Part shown: positions 49,532 to 58,583 of the stretch, piece after piece | Position numbering within the stretch: position 1 is the stretch's first letter | Layout: every line of letters starts with the position of its first letter | From: an uncultured Planctomycetota bacterium | Lineage (GTDB): Bacteria; Planctomycetota; Planctomycetia; Gemmatales; Gemmataceae | Reading direction: 5' to 3' | NCBI GenBank assembly: GCA_963849325.1 | Contig: CAWKHF010000010.1 | Span: 288,001 to 352,000, forward strand | DNA length: 64,000 nt | Made by a program: the position numbers and the translations under genes | The notes under the pieces: generated by a model | Databases searched by the model: none | What the model saw: the letters and a program-made list of their open reading frames with translations, nothing else | Told to the model about the DNA's origin: nothing

Positions 49532-50461
49532 ATGTCTACTTCCGTCTCGATGCGCTCGCCGGGATCGCTGAACCCGACGCGCCAACAGCTCGACGAACTC
49601 GACGCCCTGCTCAAGCGCATGCTCGAACTGCCCGTAAATCAGATTGACAACGCGGACGAGGCCGAGGGTGAGGAGGAGGCCGACGAGCCGGCCGCGCCGG
49701 CGGTCGTGCCGATGGAGATGAAGCCGCTCGCGTCGCCCATCTCGTACATGGTTATCGAGACGGCCAGTCCGCGTCCGCTGCCTCCGTCGTCGGGCTTCGA
49801 GCCGCGGCCGTCGCTGCTGACGCCGCGACTGGTGCCGGTGACGCCGCCGCCGGAAAGCCCCGTCGAGGAAGAGGAGCCGGCCGCGTCGGCGGAGGATGCT
49901 CCGCCGACGGAAGATCCGCTGCCGGCGCCGTCCGCCGTGGAGACCGAAACATCGGCGGCGGATTCGCCGTCGTCCGAGGCGGAAGTGTGGGTGCCGCTAC
50001 GCTCGACCTGGCAACCGTCGGCGCAGACCTGGCAGCCACTCGCCGAGAGCTGGCAGCAGGCCCAGGGCGCCGCGCCGGAGTTTGCCGCCCCGGAGAATCC
50101 GCCTCCCGATCCGACGCCGCTCGAAGTCCTTCCGCTGCCCACACTGCCAGACGCAGCGGACCCGATCGAGTCCGTGACGCCGGCCGCGCCCACTGTCGCC
50201 CCTGCGGCGCCGGTGGCTGCTCCCCCGGCCGAGTCGCGCCTTCAACTGTCGGCGGAAGACGCTCCCGTGGCCGTATCGCCTTTTCTGCTGCCGCTGCTGT
50301 GGTTCAACCAGGGCTTCGACGCCTGCCTGTCCCCGCTGGGCGCCCCGGGCCGTTGGTTGTGCGACCGCCGCGGACGCCACGCCCTCGGGACCGTGGGCTT
50401 GCTATCCCTGGCCGCGGCGGCGGCCGTCGCCGTCTGCGCCGGGTTGGGTTGGACCTGGTAG
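49532..50461 (+). CDS. Hypothetical Pro/Glu-rich protein with C-terminal membrane anchor
   Basis: PTRQQLDELDALLKRMLELPVN, low-complexity middle, hydrophobic C-terminus ending GWTW. Confidence 0.65.
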   Translation: MSTSVSMRSPGSLNPTRQQLDELDALLKRMLELPVNQIDNADEAEGEEEADEPAAPAVVPMEMKPLASPISYMVIETASPRPLPPSSGFEPRPSLLTPRLVPVTPPPESPVEEEEPAASAEDAPPTEDPLPAPSAVETETSAADSPSSEAEVWVPLRSTWQPSAQTWQPLAESWQQAQGAAPEFAAPENPPPDPTPLEVLPLPTLPDAADPIESVTPAAPTVAPAAPVAAPPAESRLQLSAEDAPVAVSPFLLPLLWFNQGFDACLSPLGAPGRWLCDRRGRHALGTVGLLSLAAAAAVAVCAGLGWTW

Positions 50462-50539
50462 GGGGGACTGCTAGAATAACATCGCCTGAGCCTTCGCGCG
50501 AAGCCGCAAGCGGCCCCGCTTGTCCATCGTGAGGAAACC

Positions 50540-51139
50540 ATGTCCAGCGCCGCGCCGTCCGTGAATTCGCCCTCGCCGCCGACGGAGCCGATGACCAATC
50601 CGGTCGCCGCCGTGCTCAGCTACCTCATTCCCGGACTGGGCCAGATCTACCAGGGTCGCATCGCCAAGGGCGTCCTCTTCTTCGTCTGCGTCTATACGCT
50701 GTTCTTCGTCGGTCTCTACCTCGGCAGCGGCACCGTCCACCTACGTAACGAAACGTACACCGTGACCAGCAACGTCTATCTGCCGGACACGGCCGACAAA
50801 AACAATCCGTTCGGTCTGCCTCACCTGGCCGCCAACCTGTACAACCGGCCGCAGTTCGCCGGCCAGTTCTGGGTCGGCATCGCCGCCTGGCCGGCCGTCT
50901 GGCAGTATCTCAACTCGGAAGAACGAGACGAGAAGGGCGACCCGCTGCTGGGCAATTTCGAGCGCACGCCAAGCGAGTCGGCCCTCAACGCTGTCCACAC
51001 CAGCGGCGATAAGCTCCTGGAGCTGGGCTGGGTCTTTACGGTGATTGCCGGCGTGCTCAACGTCATGGTGATCTACGACGCCCTGGCCGGGCCGGCCTTT
51101 CCGCCGGCCGACGACGAACCTGTCCCCGAGGCGGCTTGA
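50540..51139 (+). CDS. Membrane protein (DUF6677-like)
   Basis: AAVLSYLIPGLGQIYQGR..KG, ELGWVFTVIAGVLNVMVIYDA. Confidence 0.7.
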   Translation: MSSAAPSVNSPSPPTEPMTNPVAAVLSYLIPGLGQIYQGRIAKGVLFFVCVYTLFFVGLYLGSGTVHLRNETYTVTSNVYLPDTADKNNPFGLPHLAANLYNRPQFAGQFWVGIAAWPAVWQYLNSEERDEKGDPLLGNFERTPSESALNAVHTSGDKLLELGWVFTVIAGVLNVMVIYDALAGPAFPPADDEPVPEAA

Positions 51140-51140
51140 C

Positions 51141-51341
51141 ATGCACGCACTCCTGCCGGCGCACAACATTTACCTGGTCGATTTGCCCTTGCTGATCGTG
51201 CTCATCAGCCTGGTCTACAGCGCCACGCGTTTCGACCAGTGGGGGCCGATCCTGCGCGAGGCGCTGCGCTGGGGACTGCGTCTGACCGCCTTCCTCGCCG
51301 CCATCTGTGTCGCCCTCTACGTCCTGCATCGGCTGACCTGA
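51141..51341 (+). CDS. Small two-TM membrane protein
   Basis: LPLLIVLISLVYSATRFDQW..I; packed within the operon. Confidence 0.7.
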   Translation: MHALLPAHNIYLVDLPLLIVLISLVYSATRFDQWGPILREALRWGLRLTAFLAAICVALYVLHRLT

Positions 51342-51361
51342 TCCCGACGCGAGCATGGGCC

Positions 51362-52837
51362 ATGAGCGCGGAACCTCCCCACGGTGCGCCGGCCGATCCA
51401 TCCCAACAGGAAAATGACGCTCCCCGCTCGCAACGGCGGTTGGCGAAGGCGTTTCGCTGGCAGGCGTTCTTTCAGCGCTGTGCCGAACCGCTGTTTGTGC
51501 TCGACCGCCGCCGGCGTTTGCTGTTCGTCAATGGCGCCTGGGAGGCGCTGACCGGCGTGTCGGCGGCGCAGGCGCACGTTCTCGTCTGCCGCCGATCCCG
51601 GCCGGCCGCGATCGACGATCCGCCCGAGGAAATCCTGGCCCACGCCCTGACGCCGCCGCCGGAAGTGCTGCACGGCGCCAGCGGCCGTGTTCGCCGCCTG
51701 CTGCCGGGTCGGTCGGCGTCGCGCTGGTGGGACGTCGAGTTTCTACCGCTGCGGCAAGAAGGCGAGCAGGGCGGCTACCTCATCCTGGGCCGCATTCGCC
51801 CGGCGCCCGCCGTCGAGCCGGCCGACACGACGCCCCTGTCCGAGAAGCTCGTCAACCTGCGCCAGCGCCGCGTCGAGCGCTACGGACTGGAGGCGTGGTC
51901 CAGCACGCTGCCGGCGATGCGCCGGCTGGTCGAGCAGGTGTACCTGGCCGCTGGGGTGACGGCTCCAGTGCTGCTCGTCGGCGAGCCGGGCACGGGCAAG
52001 CAGACGTTGGCGCGGACCATCCACTACCTGAGTCCACGGCGGGACGACGCCTGCGCCGTGCTCGATTGTGAACATCTGCCGGCCGCCGCGGTGGCCGCCC
52101 TGCTGTTCGGCGAACGGGCCGTCGGCCGCGAGGGTCTCGCCGCTGTCTACCTGCGCGAGCCGGCGTTTCTGCCGCGCGACGTGCAACTGCGCCTGAGCGA
52201 ACGGATTGCCCGGAGCAGTGGTCTCGGTTCGGAAGGCGCGACCGGGCCGCGCGTTCTGGCCGGCTGCGCGACGCCGCCGGAGCAGGCCGTGCGCGCGGGC
52301 CGAATGCTCGATGAATTGGCCTGTGCGCTGAGCACACTGGTCGTCACCGTGCCGCCGCTGCGCGAGCGCCGCGCCGACCTGCCTGGCCTGGTCGAGCGCT
52401 TGCTGGAACGCGCCGGCGCCGGCCGCGAGGTGCGCGTCACGAGCTTGAGCGCCGATGCCTGGGCCGTGCTGCGCGGCTATGCCTGGCCGGGCAACGTGCG
52501 GGAACTGTATGCCGTCTTGCGCGACGCCTGCGGCCGGGCCACCAGCGAACAGCTCCGCGCCGCCGACCTGCCCGCTGAACTGCGGCGAGCCGTCGAACGC
52601 GAGCAGACGCCGCCGCGACCCGCCGAGCGACCGTTGCCTCTGGAACAACTGCTGGAGGAAGCGGAGCGACGGCTCATCCTGCTGGCCCTGCGGCGCACGC
52701 ACGGCCACAAGGCCCGCGCTGCCCGGCTGCTGTCGATCCCTCGGCCGCGTCTGTGGCGGCGCATGCTCAAACTCGGCATCGTCGATACGGAACCGGAGCC
52801 GGGTTCGTCGGCCGACGACACCGGCGGCGAGGAGTGA
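51362..52837 (+). CDS. PAS - degenerate sigma54-activator AAA+ - Fis HTH regulator
   Basis: PAS-like start, GEPGTGK, VPPLRERRADL, YAWPGNVREL, C-terminal HTH; no GAFTGA and no Walker B DE. Confidence 0.85.
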   Translation: MSAEPPHGAPADPSQQENDAPRSQRRLAKAFRWQAFFQRCAEPLFVLDRRRRLLFVNGAWEALTGVSAAQAHVLVCRRSRPAAIDDPPEEILAHALTPPPEVLHGASGRVRRLLPGRSASRWWDVEFLPLRQEGEQGGYLILGRIRPAPAVEPADTTPLSEKLVNLRQRRVERYGLEAWSSTLPAMRRLVEQVYLAAGVTAPVLLVGEPGTGKQTLARTIHYLSPRRDDACAVLDCEHLPAAAVAALLFGERAVGREGLAAVYLREPAFLPRDVQLRLSERIARSSGLGSEGATGPRVLAGCATPPEQAVRAGRMLDELACALSTLVVTVPPLRERRADLPGLVERLLERAGAGREVRVTSLSADAWAVLRGYAWPGNVRELYAVLRDACGRATSEQLRAADLPAELRRAVEREQTPPRPAERPLPLEQLLEEAERRLILLALRRTHGHKARAARLLSIPRPRLWRRMLKLGIVDTEPEPGSSADDTGGEE

Positions 52838-52842
52838 CAGCC

Positions 52843-53238
52843 ATGCGTCATCCGCAGCTGTTGGTCTACGAATCCGACGGCCGGCTCGCCGCCCTGCTGC
52901 GGCCGCTGGCCGAGAAGAATCAATGGCTGTTGCGCGAGCCGCGCCAGCTGTCGGCGTGTCTGCGCCTGTTCGACCGGGGCGGGCCTGGCGTGCTGGTCCT
53001 GCGCAGCAGTGCCAACCTGGAGCGCGAACTGGCCACGCTGGAACAGGTGTCCTGGCTGTATCCCGACGCCGCTACCGTACACGTCGCCGACAGCGAGCAA
53101 GCCGGATGGGCCGCGCTCGCCTGGGATCTCGGCGCACGCTATGTCTTGCCACTGTCGCAGACGCGCGAACGCTTGGCGGAAATCGTCAACGGTCTGATGG
53201 GACGGTATCAAGGGGCCGGGATGAGGAGGGAAGCATGA
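52843..53238 (+). CDS. Receiver-like (pseudo-REC) small protein
   Basis: LLVYESDGRLA.., AWDLGARYVLPL pattern of a REC fold; no obvious phospho-Asp. Confidence 0.55.
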   Translation: MRHPQLLVYESDGRLAALLRPLAEKNQWLLREPRQLSACLRLFDRGGPGVLVLRSSANLERELATLEQVSWLYPDAATVHVADSEQAGWAALAWDLGARYVLPLSQTRERLAEIVNGLMGRYQGAGMRREA

Positions 53239-53432
53239 CCGAACTGCCTCTGCTGGACGAGACGCGCTGCAGTGGCTGTGCGGATTGCGTGGCCGTCTGC
53301 CCCTCCGATTGTCTGTCCATGCGCGGGGCGATTCCCTACCTGGTGCGTCCGGCCGACTGCATCAGCTGCGGCCTATGCGTGCTCGTTTGCCCCAGTGTCG
53401 CCCTGAGCTTGGCCGAGCCAGCCGCGGCGTAA
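53235..53432 (+). CDS. 2x[4Fe-4S] ferredoxin
   Basis: CSGCADCVAVCP and CISCGLCVLVCP; GGAGG RBS, ATGA overlap. Confidence 0.9.
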   Translation: MTELPLLDETRCSGCADCVAVCPSDCLSMRGAIPYLVRPADCISCGLCVLVCPSVALSLAEPAAA

Positions 53433-53437
53433 CGAGA

Positions 53438-53488
53438 CGCCGCTTGCGGCTTAGCGGGGCGACGGCAAACGCTCAGCCGCAAGCGGCG
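53438..53488. repeat. REP-like hairpin (GCCGCTTGCGGC family) between convergent genes, possible terminator
   Basis: CGCCGCTTGCGGCTTAGCG ... CGCTCAGCCGCAAGCGGCG. Confidence 0.75.
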
Positions 53489-53506
53489 CACGAGAGAGCT
53501 ACGCGC

Positions 53507-54157
53507 TCACTTGGCGCTGGCGGTCCTCACCGTCTCCGCCTCCATGTCCTTGAAGTTGGCCCGGATCGTCTGTCCGGCCCGCACGATGACGCGGCGCGTC
53601 TCCGTGATCGGCTTGCCGTCGCGGATCACCTCCGCCCGCACCATGTAGTAGTAAGCCTGTCCCGGCTCCAGCGTGGGCGTGTTAAAGGAGCGCAGGCCGG
53701 AGGGCGTCTTCATCGGTAGATCGTCGATGTACAGCTTGGCGTCGGCGGGCAGTTCGACGACCAGCTTGGCCCGCGTCGGCGCAACCATTGTCTCCTTGTC
53801 CTTGGTCGGGTTGCCCAGCTGTTCACCCTTCGGCGGCGTGCCCGTCCCGGTCCCCGGCGCCACCGCGCCCGGATAAGTCGGGGCCCCATACATGCCGCCG
53901 CCGTAACCGTAACCATAGCCGCCGCCGTAGCAGCCCATGCAGCCCATGCAACCGCCGCAGCCCCAGCTGCTGTAGCCACCCCAGCACCCACCACAGCCGC
54001 CCCAACCACCCCAGCCGTAACAGCCGCCGAAGCAGCCGTAACAGCCGCCGTAGCAACCATAGCAGCCGCCACAGCCACCGTAACAACCGCCGCAACGGTG
54101 ACAATCCGGCGCACTGACTCCCGTCGTCAACGCTGCCATCAGAACCATACTGTACAT
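53507..54157 (-). CDS. TIGR03000 domain protein with Cys/Gly/Tyr-rich repeats
   Basis: MYSMVLMAALTTG leader, GGCYG repeats, AKLVVELPADAKLYID...FNTPTLEPG..YYYMVRAEV...VIVRAG. Confidence 0.88.
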   Translation of the reverse strand: MYSMVLMAALTTGVSAPDCHRCGGCYGGCGGCYGCYGGCYGCFGGCYGWGGWGGCGGCWGGYSSWGCGGCMGCMGCYGGGYGYGYGGGMYGAPTYPGAVAPGTGTGTPPKGEQLGNPTKDKETMVAPTRAKLVVELPADAKLYIDDLPMKTPSGLRSFNTPTLEPGQAYYYMVRAEVIRDGKPITETRRVIVRAGQTIRANFKDMEAETVRTASAK

Positions 54158-54331
54158 TTCTCTCCCCTCCCGAATGCCATTGGAATAGAAGTGAGCGAGA
54201 CGATCCCAGCGCCACATCGCAGGGGATATGGCGTATCTGGGATAAATAGTAAATTTAGGCAATCTGATCGTCAATGGTATTCTGGGAAAAGAAGGGTCGA
54301 TTCGCCGAGAATAGTCGTTACATTCGGAACC

Positions 54332-54393
54332 TCCGAGTCCGCAGCATCAGCGAGGGAGGGCGAAAGCTCCCTCGCTGATGCCGCGGACTCGGA
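54332..54393. repeat. REP-like hairpin
   Basis: TCCGAGTCCGCAGCATCAGCGAGGGAG ... CTCCCTCGCTGATGCCGCGGACTCGGA. Confidence 0.8.
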
Positions 54394-54410
54394 AGCCTGT
54401 GAATGATCCG

Positions 54411-56707
54411 TCAAGGGATGGGGTAAAGCGGATTCAGCTCATGGGCCTTCCGTCGGTCGCTCAGGCCGCCATCGCGGTCGCCTTGCTGAAGGAGGAGGGT
54501 GCCGCGCAGATAAAAGGCGTCCGCCAGCCGTCGATCGCGTGCAACGGCGTCATTGCAGTCGTAGATGGCCTCGTCGATTTCGCCGAGCGGAGCGCGGCGC
54601 GGGCACGGAGGAAGTACGCTTCCGCGTCGGTTCGCTGCAGGCCGATCGCCCGCGTGAAGTCGGCGTGGGCCTTGCGATACTCTTGCAGAGCCAGGTACGC
54701 CTGGCCGCGCATCTTGTAGGCGTCCACGTTTTGCGGATCGCGCTGGATCACCGCATCGGCATCGCCGGCGGCGCTGTTCCAATCGCCCATCTTGAGGTAG
54801 GCCAACCCGCGCGTCTGCCGGGCGGCGACGTCCCAGGCATCCCGTTCCAGCGCCCGCGTCAGGTCGGCGATGGCCTGCCCGTACTCCTCGCGGTCCAGAG
54901 AGATCGTGCCGCGCACCCGGTAGGCCGGCGCCAGGCCCGGGTCGCCGTCCCGGTCGCGCGCGATGGCGGCACTGTAATCAGCGAAGGCGCGGACGCGGTC
55001 GTTGCGAACATGGTGGACATTGGCCCGGTAGTAGTACGGCCAGGGATCGCCGGGCGTCAGGTCGATGGCCACGGACTCGTCGGCCAGGGCGTTGTCGTAA
55101 TCGGCATTGCGGACGTAACAGGCGCCGCGCTCTCGGTAGGCGCGGGCGTTGTCGGGTTCCAGCCGGAGGACGGCGGTGAAGTCCTCAATGGCCAGGCTGT
55201 TGTCGTGTCGGGCGGCGTGTAACTCGGCGCGGTGGAGCCAGGCGCGGAGGTCGCGGGGATCGCGGCGGATCGCCTCGCCGAAGTCGGCGAGGGCGCCCGC
55301 CGCATCGCGCCGACGGCGGCGGACCAGGCCGCGCTCCGTCCAGGCGCGAACGAGGTCCGGGTCGAGTTCCAGGGCCTCGGTGAACGCCAGCAGGGCTTGC
55401 TCGTCGCGGCGGCAGGCGGCGTGCGTCAGGCCGCGGTCGAGAAGGACCTCCGCCCTTTCCTTCTTCTCCTTTTGCTCGCGGAGACGTGTCCGCCGCTCCT
55501 CTTCGTGCCGGCGTCGTTCCTCCTCGCGGTCTCGGGCGGCGGCCCGCTGTCGTTCCTCCTCCGCCTCGGCCCGGCGGCCTTCGTCCTCCTGGCGTTGGCG
55601 CTCCGCCGCTCGCCGCCGAGCCGCTTCGTCTTCGGCCCGGCGCCTCTGCTCGTCGAGGAGTCGTTGCGGCCCCATCTCGAATCGGCGGCGCTCCTCGATC
55701 CGTTTCCGGCGCTCGGCGACGCCCCGGCGCTGCTCGGCCGTGTGCGCGCGTGTCTGCGCGATCAGGAACCAAATCGGAAGGATGAGCAGCAACAGGACAC
55801 CCAGCGCCAGTGCGGTGAGCAAGACCCACGGAGGGCGCTGTCTCAAGGGAGCGGAGGACCGCGCCAGCGGCGGGAATCGCCTGGGATCGATCCGACGGGG
55901 ATGCGGCCTCCGCGATCCTACTGACGACCGCGTTGGCGTGGGGACCGGCGGGACCGCGATGTCCAGCGCTGTGTCGAAGGTCGGCGTTTGGAGGTCGGGG
56001 ACCGTCGGGCACAAGCCCGAAAAACACGGGCCATCCAGCTGCCGCAAGGCGTCTGCAAGCACGGCGGCAGCGGCCTGCACCGAATGGTCGTGCCGGCAGC
56101 CGCGGAGCCAGCGTCCGAGTTCCTGGCAGACGAAGGCGCGGCCGACCCTCGCCAGCAACGGCAACCCGGCGGAGCCAGTCAGCAGGCGCATCAGGCCGAC
56201 GCAGCCCTGTCGCTCCAGTTCGCGGACCCATTCGCCCTCTGCAAGGTCCGGCACGACGGCGGAGACTTCATGCAACCACGCCCATTCGTCGGCGTCGAGG
56301 TGGCCCGCCAGGGCGCCGGCTTCACGGGCGGCTCGCAGCTCCCACAGGCACTGGTGACGCAGCGCGGTTTCCACGGCCGTCGCCCCCGGCTGGCGCGTCA
56401 CAGCGCCGCCTTGCGCCAACTCGGCCAGCACCGTTTCCAGACGCTGCCGGAACGACTGCGCATCGCCGGCGGACAGGCCGACCTGACCGTGGTCCCAGAA
56501 GGGGTCGTCCGCCAGCGCCACCTCCAGGGCGCGCCAGGCGCGTTCGAGGGCTTGACGGAGGGCCGCGCTCCAGGGCGGATCATCCTCTCGACTGTGGCGG
56601 GTGAGGAGATCCACGAGCGCGGTCATGGCATCGGCGCCGCCGAACGTACCCACGTCGTCGGCCAGGCGCTGCAGGACAAGGCGGGACAGGCTTTGTCCAA
56701 TCGACAT
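54411..56707 (-). CDS. Membrane-anchored TPR repeat protein (frameshift near 54590)
   Basis: Helical N-terminal domain, TM segment, Arg/Glu coiled coil, then many TPRs (ALADFGEAIRRDP, AIEDFTAVLRLEP, AYKMRG). Confidence 0.8.
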
Positions 56708-56818
56708 GACGGCAGACCCTTGCACACTCCTTCGCGGCTCGGTGGACCGGCGGCGGTCTCGTTTGATTGTCCGCTCCCGCGCGGCGTGCGGCAAGAGATT
56801 TCTGCGCCCGCTCGCGGC

Positions 56819-56986
56819 TCAACTCTGCGGCGCGGGTTCTTTCCACCACGGGCTGAGAACGTGGATCTTCTTGAGGATCAGTTCGCGTTCGTGATTGTTC
56901 TTGGCGGCGGCCAGGCGCGCCTTCAGCTTGGTCATCTTCTTCTTGCGATGATACCGGCGGTTCAACTCGATTCGGCGTTCGACCAT
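56819..56986 (-). CDS. Small basic protein (DUF6800-like)
   Basis: MVERRIELNRRYHRKKKMTKLKARLAAAK...KKIHVLSPWW; AAGGA RBS. Confidence 0.7.
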   Translation of the reverse strand: MVERRIELNRRYHRKKKMTKLKARLAAAKNNHERELILKKIHVLSPWWKEPAPQS

Positions 56987-57085
56987 GATCGGATCCTTGC
57001 GTTGGCTACGTATCGGAATGAATGCCTCGCGCCGGCGCGAAGGGCCGGGGATGATTATGTTACAGGGGTTGACGGCGGCTGCAAG

Positions 57086-57168
57086 GGCGAGCGAGGGGGG
57101 TAAGCCCCCTGTTGGCGCCAACAGGGGGCTTATTGGCGCCAACAGGGGGCTTACGCCCCCCGCTCGCC
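57086..57168. repeat. REP-like palindrome (same family as 20035) with internal 21 bp tandem duplication
   Basis: TTGGCGCCAACAGGGGGCTTA occurs at 57112 and 57133 inside the inverted repeat. Confidence 0.85.
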
Positions 57169-57178
57169 AGGCGGTATA

Positions 57179-58560
57179 GTGAAAGAACAACCTCGATCCG
57201 CACGACAGGGGCCAACCGTGGAACGTACTCCTCCGCTGGAACAAGGCCTGCTCGGCCGCACACTCAACGGCAAGTACAAGCTGCTCGACGTGCAGGCCAG
57301 CGGCGTCTTCGGCACCGTCTTCCGGGCCGAGCAGTATTTTTGCCGCCGCCTCGTGCGACCCGTCGCCGTCAAGGTATCGCGGCAGAGCGGCTTGAGCGAG
57401 GAGACCGCCCCCTATCTGTTCGGCGACGCCCTGGTCCTGGCCCAGCTGCTCGCCGGTACGACGCCGGGCCTGGACGACGCCGGCCGCCGTCATCTCGTGC
57501 AGATTTTCGACATGGGCCTTTTGCCCGAGCACGACAACCGCGCCTACCTGGTCATGGAATACGTCGGTGGCCTACCCCTCTTGTCGCACATGCGCGCGGC
57601 GGGGCGGATCAGCGTGCCGATCGGTCTGCGTTTCCTCAAGCAGATTTGCCGGGGCATGGCCCTGGTCCACGGCCAGGGAGCGGTCCACCGCGACCTGAAG
57701 TCAGACAACATCTTGATCGACCGTCGCGGCGTGGTCCGCATCGTGGACTTCGGCCTGGCCGCCTACGCCGACCCGCGACTCGGCTTCGCGCCGGGATCGC
57801 TGGGCACGTTCACCTACATGGCCCCCGAGACGCTGGACGGCCGCTCCACGCCCGCCTCGGACGTGTACAGTCTCGGCCTGCTGCTGTACGAGTTGTTCAC
57901 CGGCGGCGGCCCGCACCTGACGGCGCCGTGGTCGCACGACGACAAGGACGATCGCCGCGCCGAGCATCGACGCCTGAAACAGTCGCTGCATTTTCCGCCG
58001 CCGTCGGCGGTGCATAACGAGGTCCGCAACGACTACCGCTGGCTGGACGCGCTGATCCTGCGCTGCCTGGAGTTCGAGCCGGAGCGTCGTTTCGCCGACG
58101 CGGGCCGTCTGCTGGCCGCCATCGAAGCGTGCGAGTCCGGCCAACCACTGCCGCCACTGGCCTCGGCCGTCCCGCCTCCGAGTGCGGACGCCACCCCGTC
58201 CGCTCCTGCCGCCGATGTCGCCGAGGACGCACTCTTCCGCGAGGTGCGCCGCCTGCTGGCAGCGCGAGCGTATGAACAAGTGATCGATCGCCTGGACGTA
58301 CACCGTCCGCCGGAGTGGGCCGTGCTCGACGCGATGGGAGGCGCGGACGCTGCGCGCTGGGGCAGGCGTACCTCGGCCGGGGCGATCTGCCGGCGGCGCG
58401 CGACTGCCTGGAACAGCTCCGCGCCACGCAGAAGGAGCAAAACCTGTTGCCGCGTTCCGACTACGCGGCGGCGCTGTCGGACCTGTTCAAGTGCTACCGT
58501 GGGCTGGGACAGATGGAGCTGGCACAGGCATGTCAGGAAGAGGCGCGGAAACTGTTGTGA
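57179..58560 (+). CDS. Ser/Thr protein kinase with C-terminal TPR-like region (frameshift near 58345)
   Basis: SGVFGTVFRA, VAVKV, HRDLKSDN, DFG, GTFTYMAPE, SDVYSLG; tail ALGQAYLGRGDL...EEARKLL in shifted frame. Confidence 0.85.
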
Positions 58561-58583
58561 GGCGCAGCCAAGCGGAGCGCGGG

